Source: Burkholderiales bacterium
GTDB taxonomy: Bacteria; Pseudomonadota; Gammaproteobacteria; Burkholderiales; Burkholderiaceae_F
DNA length: 41,418 bases
Assembly: GCA_021298875.1 (NCBI GenBank)
Contig: JAJTHJ010000200.1
Location: 1-41,418, forward strand
Direction: 5' to 3'
Under the pieces are notes generated by a model. That model ran no database searches, was not told the DNA's origin, and saw nothing but the letters and a program-made list of their open reading frames with translations. Within the stretch, counting starts at the first letter, position 1. Each line of letters starts with the position of its first letter. Of the stretch, positions 1 to 8,214 are shown piece by piece. A program made the translations under genes and the position numbers.

Positions 1-1333
1 AGTACATCGTGCCGCCGATCAGGCGGATCACGTAGAAGGGGAACGTGGCCTTGATGCTCTCGATGAACGTGTGGGTGAGCGTGCCGTCCTCGTTGACCGC
101 GCGCCACATCAGGCCCTGCATCACGCCGGCGATCCACATCGCGGCGATGTAGATCACGATGCCGATGGTGGCGACCCAAAAGTGGGTCGTCACGAGCTTC
201 ATCGAGTACATCTCGGTGCGCCCCCACAGCCGCGGGATCAGCCAGTACAGCGCGCCGATGGAAATCAGGCCGACCCAGCCGAGCGCGCCGCTGTGCACGT
301 GGCCGATGGTCCAGTCCGTGTAGTGCGACAGCGCGTTGACCGTCTTCACCGACATCATCGGCCCTTCGAAGGTCGACATGCCGTAGAACGACAGCGAGAC
401 GATCAGGAACTTGAGAATCGGGTCTTCGCGCAGTTTGTACCAAGCCCCCGACAGCGTCATGATGCCGTTGATCATGCCGCCCCAGGAGGGCGCCAGCAGG
501 ATCAGCGAGAAGATCATGCCGATCGACTGCGCCCAGTCCGGCAGCGCGGTGTAGTGCAGGTGGTGCGGGCCGGCCCACATGTACGTGAAAATGAGCGCCC
601 AGAAGTGCACCACCGACAGCCGATACGAGTAAATCGGCCGGCCCGCCGCCTTGGGCACGAAGTAGTACATGATCCCGAGGAAGCCCGCGGTCAGGAAAAA
701 GCCCACCGCGTTATGCCCGTACCACCACTGCACCATCGCATCGATGGCGCCGGGGTAGACCGAGTAGCCCTTGGTTAGCGAGGCCGGGATCGCCAGGCTG
801 TTGACGATATGCAGCAGCGCCACGGTGATGATGAAGGCGCCGTAAAACCAGTTGGCGACGTAGATGTGCTTGACCGTGCGCACGGCGATGGTGCCGAAGA
901 ACACGACCGCGTAGGCCACCCAGACCACCGCGATGAAGAGGTCGATCGGCCACTCGAGTTCGGCGTATTCCTTGCCGCTGGTAATGCCCAGCGGCAGCGT
1001 GACGGCGGCGGCGACGATGATTAGTTGCCAGCCCCAGAAGGTGAACCAGGCCAGCCCCGGCAAAAACAGCGGCGCCTGCGACGTGCGCTGCACCACGTAA
1101 TAGCTGGTAGCAAAGAGTGCGCAGCCGCCAAAGGCGAAGATCACCGCGTTGGTGTGCAGCGGACGCAGCCGGCCGAAGGACAGCCAGGGAATGCCCAGAT
1201 TCAGTTCGGGCCAGGCCATCTGGGCGGCAATGATCACGCCGACCAGCATGCCGACGATGCCCCATACGACCGTCATTACGCTGAAGGCGCGCACGACCCC
1301 GTAGTGGTACGTCCGGGTGGGAGTTGGACTCAT
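1..1333 (-). CDS. ccoN: cbb3-type cytochrome c oxidase subunit I (CcoN); 3' end runs off the window
   Basis: Not in the supplied ORF track because it stays open to the window edge. Manual minus-strand translation from the ATG at 1333-1331 gives [70 protein letters not shown]...[26 protein letters not shown]...[13 protein letters not shown]...[15 protein letters not shown]. About 444 codons have no stop. The motifs are heme-copper oxidase His-ligand motifs. The gene lies directly downstream of ccoI-ccoS. Confidence 0.9.
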   Translation of the reverse strand, partial: MSPTPTRTYHYGVVRAFSVMTVVWGIVGMLVGVIIAAQMAWPELNLGIPWLSFGRLRPLHTNAVIFAFGGCALFATSYYVVQRTSQAPLFLPGLAWFTFWGWQLIIVAAAVTLPLGITSGKEYAELEWPIDLFIAVVWVAYAVVFFGTIAVRTVKHIYVANWFYGAFIITVALLHIVNSLAIPASLTKGYSVYPGAIDAMVQWWYGHNAVGFFLTAGFLGIMYYFVPKAAGRPIYSYRLSVVHFWALIFTYMWAGPHHLHYTALPDWAQSIGMIFSLILLAPSWGGMINGIMTLSGAWYKLREDPILKFLIVSLSFYGMSTFEGPMMSVKTVNALSHYTDWTIGHVHSGALGWVGLISIGALYWLIPRLWGRTEMYSMKLVTTHFWVATIGIVIYIAAMWIAGVMQGLMWRAVNEDGTLTHTFIESIKATFPFYVIRLIGGTMY

Positions 1334-1469
1334 CGCAATTTCTCTCGATTTCGTTGGCGGTGCGGCAAAAGCAGCCGGCGGAGGACGGACCTGCAAGCGC
1401 CGGTGTAACGGACACGGTGGCTTGCGAGCTTCGTCGGCGGCGATGCTAGAGACGGCGCGCGCTGCGCCG

Positions 1470-1483
1470 TTGACGCAAGTCAA
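1470..1483. promoter_or_regulatory. FNR/Anr/FixK-type box TTGAC-GCAA-GTCAA upstream of ccoN
   Basis: Perfect palindrome TTGACGCAAGTCAA, centred about 143 nt upstream of the ccoN ATG, in the 193-nt ccoS-ccoN spacer. It matches the TTGA(T/C)-N4-(A/G)TCAA consensus. Confidence 0.6.
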
Positions 1484-1526
1484 CCCTCTTTCGGGGTAGG
1501 CGCGGCGGCGCGCGCAGGCTTTGCGT

Positions 1527-1694
1527 TCAGCGGGGGTCGGGCGGCGGGGCGAGGTCGTCCTCGTCGTCGACGATGCGCCGCCCTTCGGCGTCGAGGTTCT
1601 CGAACTGACCGTTGAACACGGCCCAGACGATCAGCGCGGCGATGCCGAGGACCAGCAGCACCGACAGCGGGATCAGCAGATAGAGCGACTCCAT
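1527..1694 (-). CDS. ccoS: cbb3 oxidase maturation protein CcoS/FixS (55 aa)
   Basis: Manual translation: [55 protein letters not shown]. It has a single TM segment plus the conserved GQFxxLD motif. It starts 10 nt after the ccoI stop. It is too short to appear in the ORF track. Confidence 0.8.
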   Translation of the reverse strand: MESLYLLIPLSVLLVLGIAALIVWAVFNGQFENLDAEGRRIVDDEDDLAPPPDPR

Positions 1695-1704
1695 GTGACG
1701 CGCC

Positions 1705-4191
1705 TCACACTCGACGCGCGCGCAAGGCGTTGCCTACGACCAACAACGAACTGGCGGCCATGCCGACCGCGGCCGCCGCCGGCGTCAGATAGCCCAGCGC
1801 CGCGGCAGGCACGATGACGATGTTGTAGACGAGCGTCCAGCCGAGGTTCTCGCGCACGATGCGCAGGCCCTTCTTCGTCAGCTTGACCGCCGCCGCCACG
1901 TCGGCCAGGCGCGAACTGACCACGATCAGATCTGCCCGCGCCTGCGCCAGTTGCGAGCCACCGGCCAGCGCCAGCGACACGTCGGCCTGGGCGATCACCG
2001 GCGCGTCGTTCATGCCGTCGCCGAGCATCGCCACCACGCGGCCTTCGCCTTGCAGGCGGGCGATCAGCGCGCGCTTGCTCTCCGGGGTCTGGTGCGCGTA
2101 GACGCGCTGGCCGTCGTCGCCCTCGCCGTCCTGGATGCCCAGTTCGCGCGCCACGCGCCGCACCGGCTCGCGCCGGTCGCCGGAGACGAGCAGCGGCTGC
2201 GCGCCGGCCGCGCGCACCGCATCGACCAGCAGCCGCGCATCGGGCCGCAGCCGCTCGCCAAAGGCAAAGAGCGCCAGCGGCCCGTTGCCGTCGGCCAGCA
2301 CGATGGTGCTGGCCGCCTGCAGGCCCTCGCGCTCCACGCGGCGCAGCAGCCGCGCAGCCACCGGCTGCGGGTCGGTCTGCACCAGACCCAGCGCGTAGTC
2401 GGCCTTGCCGATCCGGTAACGGCGGCCGGCCACCGTCGCCTCCACGCCAGCCGAAGCCTGCACACGGCCGGCCTGCGCCTCGGGCGCGGGCAGCCGCCGC
2501 GCCTGCGCCGCCGTGACGATGGCGCGCGCAAACGGATGCACCGACAACGACTCCAGCGCCGCCGCGACGGTCAGCGCGTCGTCGGCACTCACTTCGCGGA
2601 ACAACACCACCTGCGTCAGCGCCGGCTCAGCCGTGGTCAGCGTGCCGGTCTTGTCGAAGGCAAAGGCATCGACCCGCGCGAGTTGCTCCAGCGCCGCCAC
2701 CCGCGCCGTGAGCACGCCGCGCCGCGCCAGCCCCGACTGCACCGCAGCCAACGCCGCCGGCGCCGCCAGCGATAGCGCACAGGGGCAGGTGGCGATCAGC
2801 ACGGCGATCGCGTTGGGCAGCGCGCGGGCGGGATCGACCCACCACCAGCCCAGCACCGTCGCCGCGGTGACCGCCAGCACCGCCCACAGGAACCACACCG
2901 CGGCGCGGTTGGCGAGCTCGACGATCGGCGGCCGCTCGCGGCCGGCTTCATCGACCAGCCGGCGCAGCGCCGCCAGCGCGGTCGCCTCACCCGCGCGGGT
3001 GACGGCGACCACCAGCGGCTGCTCCAGATTGATGCTGCCGGCCAGCACCGGCGCGCCTTCGCCCTTGTCGATCGGCGTGGACTCGCCCGTGAGCCAGGCT
3101 TGCGAGACGGTGCTGGCGCCGTCGCGTACCACGCCGTCGGCCGGCACCGACTCGCCGGCGGGCACCAGCACGAGGTCACCGGGCGCCAGTTGCTCGGCCG
3201 GCACCGGGTCCGTGGCGTGCGACGCCGGCCAGGCGCGCAGTTTGAGCGCCAGCAGGCGCAGGCCGCGGCGGGCCGCGTCGATGTGCGCGTAGGCGCGCGC
3301 CAGCGCCCGCGCCTGGATCCAGCGCGAGCTGTACACCAGCGCGACGAACATGGTGATCGAGTCGAAGTACACCTCGCCCTGCGCGCGCAGCACTGCCTGC
3401 GCGCTGGCGCCGAAGGCCACCGCCAGGCCGAGCGCGATCGGCAGATCCATGCCGATGGCGCGCATGCGCAACTGGTTGAGCGCCGCGCGCCAGATCGGCA
3501 AGGCCGAGAAGAGCAGCACCGGGGTCGTCAGCACGAGCTGCGCCAGACGCAGCAGTTGCGCGATGTCCGGCGGAATGTCGCCCGGCGCCGCGAGGTAGGT
3601 CGGCACCGCCAGCATCATCACCTGCATCATCGCCAGCCAAGCGAGCATCAGCCGCAGCAGGTCGATGCGCTGCGCGCGCCGCTCGTCCTGCGCAGTCGGA
3701 TGGGTGCGGTAACCGGCGCGCTCGATCGCGCGCTCGGCATCGGCCACGGTCAGTTGGGTCGGGTCGTAGGCGATCGACGCGCGCCGGGCGCCGAAGTCCA
3801 CCTGCGCAGCGGCCACCCCCGGCAACTGCTTCAGCCGGTGCTCGATCAGCAGGCCGCAGGCCGCGCAGACCATGCCTTGCACGTCGATCTGCGCGTGCGC
3901 CCGCGGGCCGGTGGGCGGCTCGGGCACCTGCGCCGCGAGCTGCGCCCGGTCGCGGCTGCCGGCCTGGGCGAGAAAGAGCTGCTCGGCGATGAACGCGCAG
4001 CCCAGACAGCAGTAGCGCCCATCGCGCCCGCCGATGGCGCGGCGGACGATCTTCAGCCCCGCCAGTGCGTCGCCGCAGTGGTCGCAGGCTCCGTCGGCCG
4101 GCGCCGCTTCGCCCGCGGCGACCGGGACTTTGGCTTTACGCAGGGCAGGCGTGTTGGACATGGGCGGGCGGATGGCGGGCGGCAAAAGCAT
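1705..4191 (-). CDS. ccoI: copper-translocating P1B-type ATPase, CcoI/FixI type
   Basis: 828-aa ORF. It has an N-terminal CxxC (CDHCGDAL), an HMA-like MVCAACGLLIEHRL, the CPC transmembrane motif (ATCPCALSLAAP), the DKTGTLT phosphorylation site and a GDGMNDAP hinge. The start could instead be the ATG at 4161 (MSNTPAL). Confidence 0.88.
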   Translation of the reverse strand: MLLPPAIRPPMSNTPALRKAKVPVAAGEAAPADGACDHCGDALAGLKIVRRAIGGRDGRYCCLGCAFIAEQLFLAQAGSRDRAQLAAQVPEPPTGPRAHAQIDVQGMVCAACGLLIEHRLKQLPGVAAAQVDFGARRASIAYDPTQLTVADAERAIERAGYRTHPTAQDERRAQRIDLLRLMLAWLAMMQVMMLAVPTYLAAPGDIPPDIAQLLRLAQLVLTTPVLLFSALPIWRAALNQLRMRAIGMDLPIALGLAVAFGASAQAVLRAQGEVYFDSITMFVALVYSSRWIQARALARAYAHIDAARRGLRLLALKLRAWPASHATDPVPAEQLAPGDLVLVPAGESVPADGVVRDGASTVSQAWLTGESTPIDKGEGAPVLAGSINLEQPLVVAVTRAGEATALAALRRLVDEAGRERPPIVELANRAAVWFLWAVLAVTAATVLGWWWVDPARALPNAIAVLIATCPCALSLAAPAALAAVQSGLARRGVLTARVAALEQLARVDAFAFDKTGTLTTAEPALTQVVLFREVSADDALTVAAALESLSVHPFARAIVTAAQARRLPAPEAQAGRVQASAGVEATVAGRRYRIGKADYALGLVQTDPQPVAARLLRRVEREGLQAASTIVLADGNGPLALFAFGERLRPDARLLVDAVRAAGAQPLLVSGDRREPVRRVARELGIQDGEGDDGQRVYAHQTPESKRALIARLQGEGRVVAMLGDGMNDAPVIAQADVSLALAGGSQLAQARADLIVVSSRLADVAAAVKLTKKGLRIVRENLGWTLVYNIVIVPAAALGYLTPAAAAVGMAASSLLVVGNALRARRV

Positions 4192-4246
4192 ACGCGCCGC
4201 CCAACCCCGCCCAGCGGCGGGCGGCCACAGCGATCGCTGATCGCGC

Positions 4247-5032
4247 TTAGGCCAGGTCTGGGGTCACGAGATCGATGCGGTCGGTGCAGATCGCATCCAT
4301 GCCCCAGTCGAAGAGTTCGCGCACGCGCGCCGGCTCATCGACCGTGTAGCAGAAGAGCCAGTAGCCCGCCTGCTTAATCTCGCCCGCCTGCGCGGCCGTC
4401 AGGTGCTTGTGGTTGGTGTGCAGTGCGACCGCGCCCAGCGCCTCCAGTTGCGCGCGCCAGTCGGGCGGCACGCGGGCGAGCAGCAGGCCGCGTGGGATGT
4501 TGGGCGCCACCGCGCGCGCGGCGGCGAGCGCCGGCGGCTGGAACGAAGAGAAGAGTGGCGCGCGGGCGTCAACGTGCTCGGCGCGGTCGCCGCCGGGCCG
4601 CAACAGGTCCGCGTAGGCGCGTGCGACGGTCAGGCCGACGGCAAGGCCCGTCGGTTCGGCTTGATCCTTGGCGGGCTTGATCTCGACGTTCAGCCAAAGC
4701 CCCGCCGCGCGCGCGTAGCGCAGCGCGTCTTCCAGGCTGGGCACCGGCTCGCCGGCAAAGCGCGGCGAGTGCCAGCGGCCGGCATCGAGCGCGGCCAACT
4801 GCGCGGCGGTGCGCGCGGACACGGCGCCGCGGCCGGTGGTGGTGCGTTCCAGCGTCTCGTCGTGGATCAGCACCGGCACGCCGTCGCCGGCGAGCATCGC
4901 GTCGAACTCCGCGCCGCGAAAGCCGCGCGCCACGCCTTCGCGCAGGCCGGCCAGCGTGTTCTCCGGGGCCAGCGTGCCGCCACCGCGATGCGCGAGCACG
5001 CGCGGGTACGGCCAGGGTTGGTGGTGGCTCAT
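4247..5032 (-). CDS. glycerophosphodiester phosphodiesterase family protein
   Basis: 261 aa. The N-terminal VLAHRGGGTLAPENTLAGL...EFDAML..DGVPVLIHDETLERTT is the GDPD signature. Its start overlaps the stop of the upstream gene by 4 nt (ATGA). Confidence 0.85.
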   Translation of the reverse strand: MSHHQPWPYPRVLAHRGGGTLAPENTLAGLREGVARGFRGAEFDAMLAGDGVPVLIHDETLERTTTGRGAVSARTAAQLAALDAGRWHSPRFAGEPVPSLEDALRYARAAGLWLNVEIKPAKDQAEPTGLAVGLTVARAYADLLRPGGDRAEHVDARAPLFSSFQPPALAAARAVAPNIPRGLLLARVPPDWRAQLEALGAVALHTNHKHLTAAQAGEIKQAGYWLFCYTVDEPARVRELFDWGMDAICTDRIDLVTPDLA

Positions 5033-5490
5033 GCCGCCGCCCGCTTGCGCACATACACCACCTTCTCCACCCGCGCCACCGTCAAACCCTCTTCATCGAC
5101 CACATCGACCTCGAACACGTGCAGATGCTTGTCGCCGCCCTCCGTCATCCGCAGGATGGTATCGAGCGCGGCCTGCCGCAGCACAAAGCTCGCGCGCATC
5201 CGCCCCCGGCCGGGGGCGACGAAGTCGATGCTCGCCGCCTTGTCCCACACCGTGTAGCCGGGCGGCAGGTTATGCAGCACCATTAACGCGAAAAACGGAT
5301 CGGTCATCGCGTACAGCGAGCCGCCGAAGTGGGTGCCGAAGTAGTTGCGGTTGGTCAGGCGCAACGGCATCTCGACCTCCACCTCGCGCCAGTCGGGCGC
5401 GATGCGCCGCACGCGGATGCCGGCGCCGAGGTAGGGCGGCCACAGATTGAACAGCCAGCGAAAAACGCGCGGCGAGATCTTTCGAGCCAT
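5029..5490 (-). CDS. DUF4442 / hotdog-fold (YiiD C-terminal-like, putative thioesterase) protein
   Basis: The ORF 5029-5676 is trimmed to the ATG at 5490 (MARKISPRVFRWLFNLWPPYLGAGIRV...NRNYFGTHFGGSLYAMTDPFFALM...VWDKAASIDF). The upstream 62 codons are a translation of a REP element and are not credible as protein. Confidence 0.75.
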   Translation of the reverse strand: MARKISPRVFRWLFNLWPPYLGAGIRVRRIAPDWREVEVEMPLRLTNRNYFGTHFGGSLYAMTDPFFALMVLHNLPPGYTVWDKAASIDFVAPGRGRMRASFVLRQAALDTILRMTEGGDKHLHVFEVDVVDEEGLTVARVEKVVYVRKRAAA

Positions 5491-5570
5491 GGGCGCAAGT
5501 CTATTGACAGTGCTGCGATGCCGCCCAGGTCGTCGCGGGTGTGCGCGCTTGGACTTCGTGGCTCGACCCA

Positions 5571-5611
5571 CGCCCCCACCCCGGCCCTCCCCCGCTTCGC
5601 AGGGGAGGGAG
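5571..5611. repeat. GC-rich REP-like palindromic element (CGCCCCCACCCC-GGCCCTCCCC-loop-GGGGAGGGAG)
   Basis: Stem CCCTCCCC (5585-5592) pairs with GGGGAGGG (5602-5609). The same element recurs at 7233-7272 (same orientation) and at 7477-7516 (inverted). Confidence 0.8.
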
Positions 5612-5694
5612 CCAACAGCCTTCCTGGCGAAGCGGCAAGGGGGCACCGCGCGGCAAGCCGGCGCAACCCCGCTCAATTGTTATCCTGCCGCGCC

Positions 5695-6921
5695 ATGACC
5701 GCCCGCGCCCTCGACCATCTGCGCATCCTCGATCTGACCCGCGTGCTGGCCGGCCCCTGGTGCACGCAACTGCTGGCCGACCTGGGCGCGGATGTGATCA
5801 AGATCGAGCGCCCGGGCGCCGGCGACGACACACGCCACTGGGGCCCGCCCTACCCGAAAGACGCCGCGGGCAACGACACCAACGAAGCCGCTTATTACCT
5901 CGCCGCCAATCGCGGCAAACGCTCGGTGACCGTGGACATTGCCAGCGCGCAGGGGCAGGCGCTGCTGCGCAAGATGGCCGCGCAAAGCGACGTGCTGATC
6001 GAAAACTACAAGGTCGGCCAACTGGCCAAGTACGGACTGGACTACGCCGCGCTCGCCGCGGAGAACCCGCGGCTGATCTACTGCTCGATCACCGGCTTCG
6101 GCCAGACCGGGCCGTACAAGGATCGCGCCGGCTACGACTTCATCATCCAGGGCATGGGCGGGCTGATGTCGATCACCGGCGAGCGCGACGGCGCGCCCGG
6201 CGCCGGCCCGCAGAAGGTCGGCGTGGCCGTGGCCGACCTGATGACCGGCATGTACGCGACGGTGGCGATCCTGGCCGCCGTGACCCAGCGCGAGAAGACC
6301 GGCCGCGGTCAATACATCGACATGGCGCTGCTCGACACCCAGGTGGCGATGCTGGCCAACATGAACCTCAACTACCTCACCGGTGGCCGCGCGCCCGGCC
6401 GCGCCGGCAACGCGCACGCCAACATCGTGCCCTACCAGGTGTTCGCGGCGGCCGACGGACACGTGATAGTCGCGGTCGGCAACGACGGGCAGTTCGTCAA
6501 GTTCTGCGAAGTGGCCGGCTGCCCGGAGCTGGCCGCCGATCCGCGCTTTGCGCGCAACGCCGACCGCGTGCGCCACCGCGAGGTGCTGATCCCGCTGCTG
6601 GAGCCCATCGTGCGCAGCCAGCCCGTTGCGTTCTGGGCCGAGCGGCTCGAAGCCGCGGGCGTGCCCTGCGGGCCGATCAACTCCATCGCGCAGGCCTTTG
6701 CCGACCCGCAGGTCGTAGCACGCGGACTGCGCTTCGATCTGCCGCACCCGACCGCGGGCAGCGTGCCGCAGGTGGCCAACCCGATCAACCTGTCCGACTC
6801 ACCGCCCGCCCACAACCGCGCGCCGCCGACACTCGGCCAACACACCGGCGAGGTGCTGCGCGAACTGGCGGGTCTCACCGACGCGGACATTGTCGCGCTG
6901 CGCGCGCAAGGCACGATCTGA
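5695..6921 (+). CDS. CaiB/BaiF family (class III) CoA-transferase
   Basis: The ORF 5329-6921 is trimmed to the ATG at 5695: MTARALDHLRILDLTRVLAGPWCTQLLADLGADVIKIERPGAGDDTRHWGPPY... This is the typical family III CoA-transferase N-terminus, with the GYDFIIQGMGGLMSITG region. Confidence 0.88.
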   Translation: MTARALDHLRILDLTRVLAGPWCTQLLADLGADVIKIERPGAGDDTRHWGPPYPKDAAGNDTNEAAYYLAANRGKRSVTVDIASAQGQALLRKMAAQSDVLIENYKVGQLAKYGLDYAALAAENPRLIYCSITGFGQTGPYKDRAGYDFIIQGMGGLMSITGERDGAPGAGPQKVGVAVADLMTGMYATVAILAAVTQREKTGRGQYIDMALLDTQVAMLANMNLNYLTGGRAPGRAGNAHANIVPYQVFAAADGHVIVAVGNDGQFVKFCEVAGCPELAADPRFARNADRVRHREVLIPLLEPIVRSQPVAFWAERLEAAGVPCGPINSIAQAFADPQVVARGLRFDLPHPTAGSVPQVANPINLSDSPPAHNRAPPTLGQHTGEVLRELAGLTDADIVALRAQGTI

Positions 6922-6926
6922 CGGCG

Positions 6927-7214
6927 ATGCGCGCGATCCACCTCACCATCCGCGGCCGTGTGCAAGGGGTCGGCTACCGCGACACGCTGCGCAGCGCCGC
7001 GCGGCGCAATGGCGCGACCGGCTGGGTGCGCAACCGCGGCGACGGCACGGTGGAAGCGGTGTTGCAGGGCGACGATGCCGCGCTTGACGCGCTGCGCCGC
7101 TGGGTGCGACGCGGCCCGCCGCTGGCGGTGGTCGAGCGCGTGGAAGAGCGGCCCGCCTCCACCGAGGAAACTGCGCTGATCGACGGCTCGATCCGGCGGT
7201 TGCCGACGGTTTGA
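6927..7214 (+). CDS. acylphosphatase
   Basis: This is the last 95 codons of the 5541-7214 ORF, from the ATG at 6927: MRAIHLTIRGRVQGVGYRDTLRSAARRNGATGWVRNRGDGTVEAVLQG. It contains the V-x-G-x-VQGVGYR and GWVRN signatures. Confidence 0.85.
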   Translation: MRAIHLTIRGRVQGVGYRDTLRSAARRNGATGWVRNRGDGTVEAVLQGDDAALDALRRWVRRGPPLAVVERVEERPASTEETALIDGSIRRLPTV

Positions 7215-7232
7215 TCGAACTCGGGCACCCAG

Positions 7233-7516
7233 CGCCCCCACCCCAGCCCTCCCCCGCAGGCGGGGGAGGGAGTAAACCCCATAAGCGTTAACTTACGTTC
7301 GTCCGAGCGAGCAAGGCCCTTGCCCTCACCCCCAGCCCCTCTCCCGCTGATGCGGGCGAGGGGAGAAAGACCCTCGCCCGCATCAGCGGGAGAGGGTGGC
7401 GCGAAGCGCCGGGTGAGGGCCGGCGTCGACACAAACTCGGGACTTCAACGCAGAGTTAGCGCCTGTGGGAGTAACCCCCTCCCCTGCGAAGCGGGGGAGG
7501 GCTGGGGTGGGGGGCG
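7233..7516. repeat. Cluster of REP-like palindromes between convergent genes
   Basis: One copy of the 5571-type element lies at 7233-7272 and an inverted copy at 7477-7516. They flank a 99-nt nested palindrome at 7322-7420, which has perfect 26-nt arms (7337-7362 and 7371-7396) and outer arms GCCCTCACCC/GGGTGAGGGC. Confidence 0.85.
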
Positions 7517-7576
7517 TGGCCCAACCTGGCAAGGTTCGTGGGCAGGTTGGGAGCACAAGCCGCCGTGCGACGCAGG

Positions 7577-8161
7577 TCAAGCCTTGAGCCCAGCTCCGTC
7601 GGATTTCGAATTCAGCAACTGGTTCAACACGTGGTCGCGCCAGGCGCCATCGATGAACAGGTAGTTCGGCGCAAGCCCTATCCGCGCAAAGCCGAGCCGC
7701 GCCAACAGCCGCGCGCTGCGCTCGTTCTCTGGCCGATGGTTGGCTTCGAGCCGATGCAACCGCAGCTCGTCGAACGCGTGCGCAATCACCGCGCGCAGTG
7801 CCTCGGCCATCAGGCCGCGGCCTTCGCACGCGCCGTCGATCTGGTAGCCGAGCCGTCCGCTCTGGAACGGCCCGCGCTCGATGCTGCTCAGGCTCACGGT
7901 GCCGACAAGAAACTCGGGCGCCTCGTGCTGGAACGACAGCCAGCGCAGTGCACGGCCGGCGCGGCGCTCCGACTCCTGCTCGACCGCCTTGGTCGCCCAG
8001 TACACCGCGTCGGTCAAACCCGCCGGCGCCGGCGGCGACCAGCGGCGCCGCCGCTCACCATTGCGCGCATGAAACTCCGCCAACACTGCGGCGTGCCGGG
8101 GTGCGATGACGTCCAACCGCAGGCGCGGGGTGTGCAGTGTCGGTGCGGCGAGGTCGTTCAT
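7577..8161 (-). CDS. GNAT family N-acetyltransferase (RimJ/RimL-like)
   Basis: The ORF 7577-8335 is trimmed to the ATG at 8161: MNDLAAPTLHTPRLRLDVIAPRHAAVLAEF...GRLGYQIDGACEGRGLMAEALRAVIAHAFDELRLHRLEANHRPENERSARLLARLGF. Confidence 0.8.
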   Translation of the reverse strand: MNDLAAPTLHTPRLRLDVIAPRHAAVLAEFHARNGERRRRWSPPAPAGLTDAVYWATKAVEQESERRAGRALRWLSFQHEAPEFLVGTVSLSSIERGPFQSGRLGYQIDGACEGRGLMAEALRAVIAHAFDELRLHRLEANHRPENERSARLLARLGFARIGLAPNYLFIDGAWRDHVLNQLLNSKSDGAGLKA

Positions 8162-8214
8162 CGCGGGGAATTGGGATTTAATCCGCCCCCACGACAACGC
8201 GCGGGAGAACCTCA

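Noticed and set aside
71-1415. ORFs 71-778 (+), 711-1415 (-), 809-1024 (+) and 1025-1408 (+)
   Set aside because: They all overlap the real ccoN frame. They are His/Arg/Asp-rich or Arg-rich nonsense with no membrane character.
5541-6926. Upstream 462 codons of the 557-aa ORF 5541-7214
   Set aside because: It is an alternative frame of the CoA-transferase gene and is Arg/Pro/Gly-rich. Only the terminal 95 codons (acylphosphatase) are credible.
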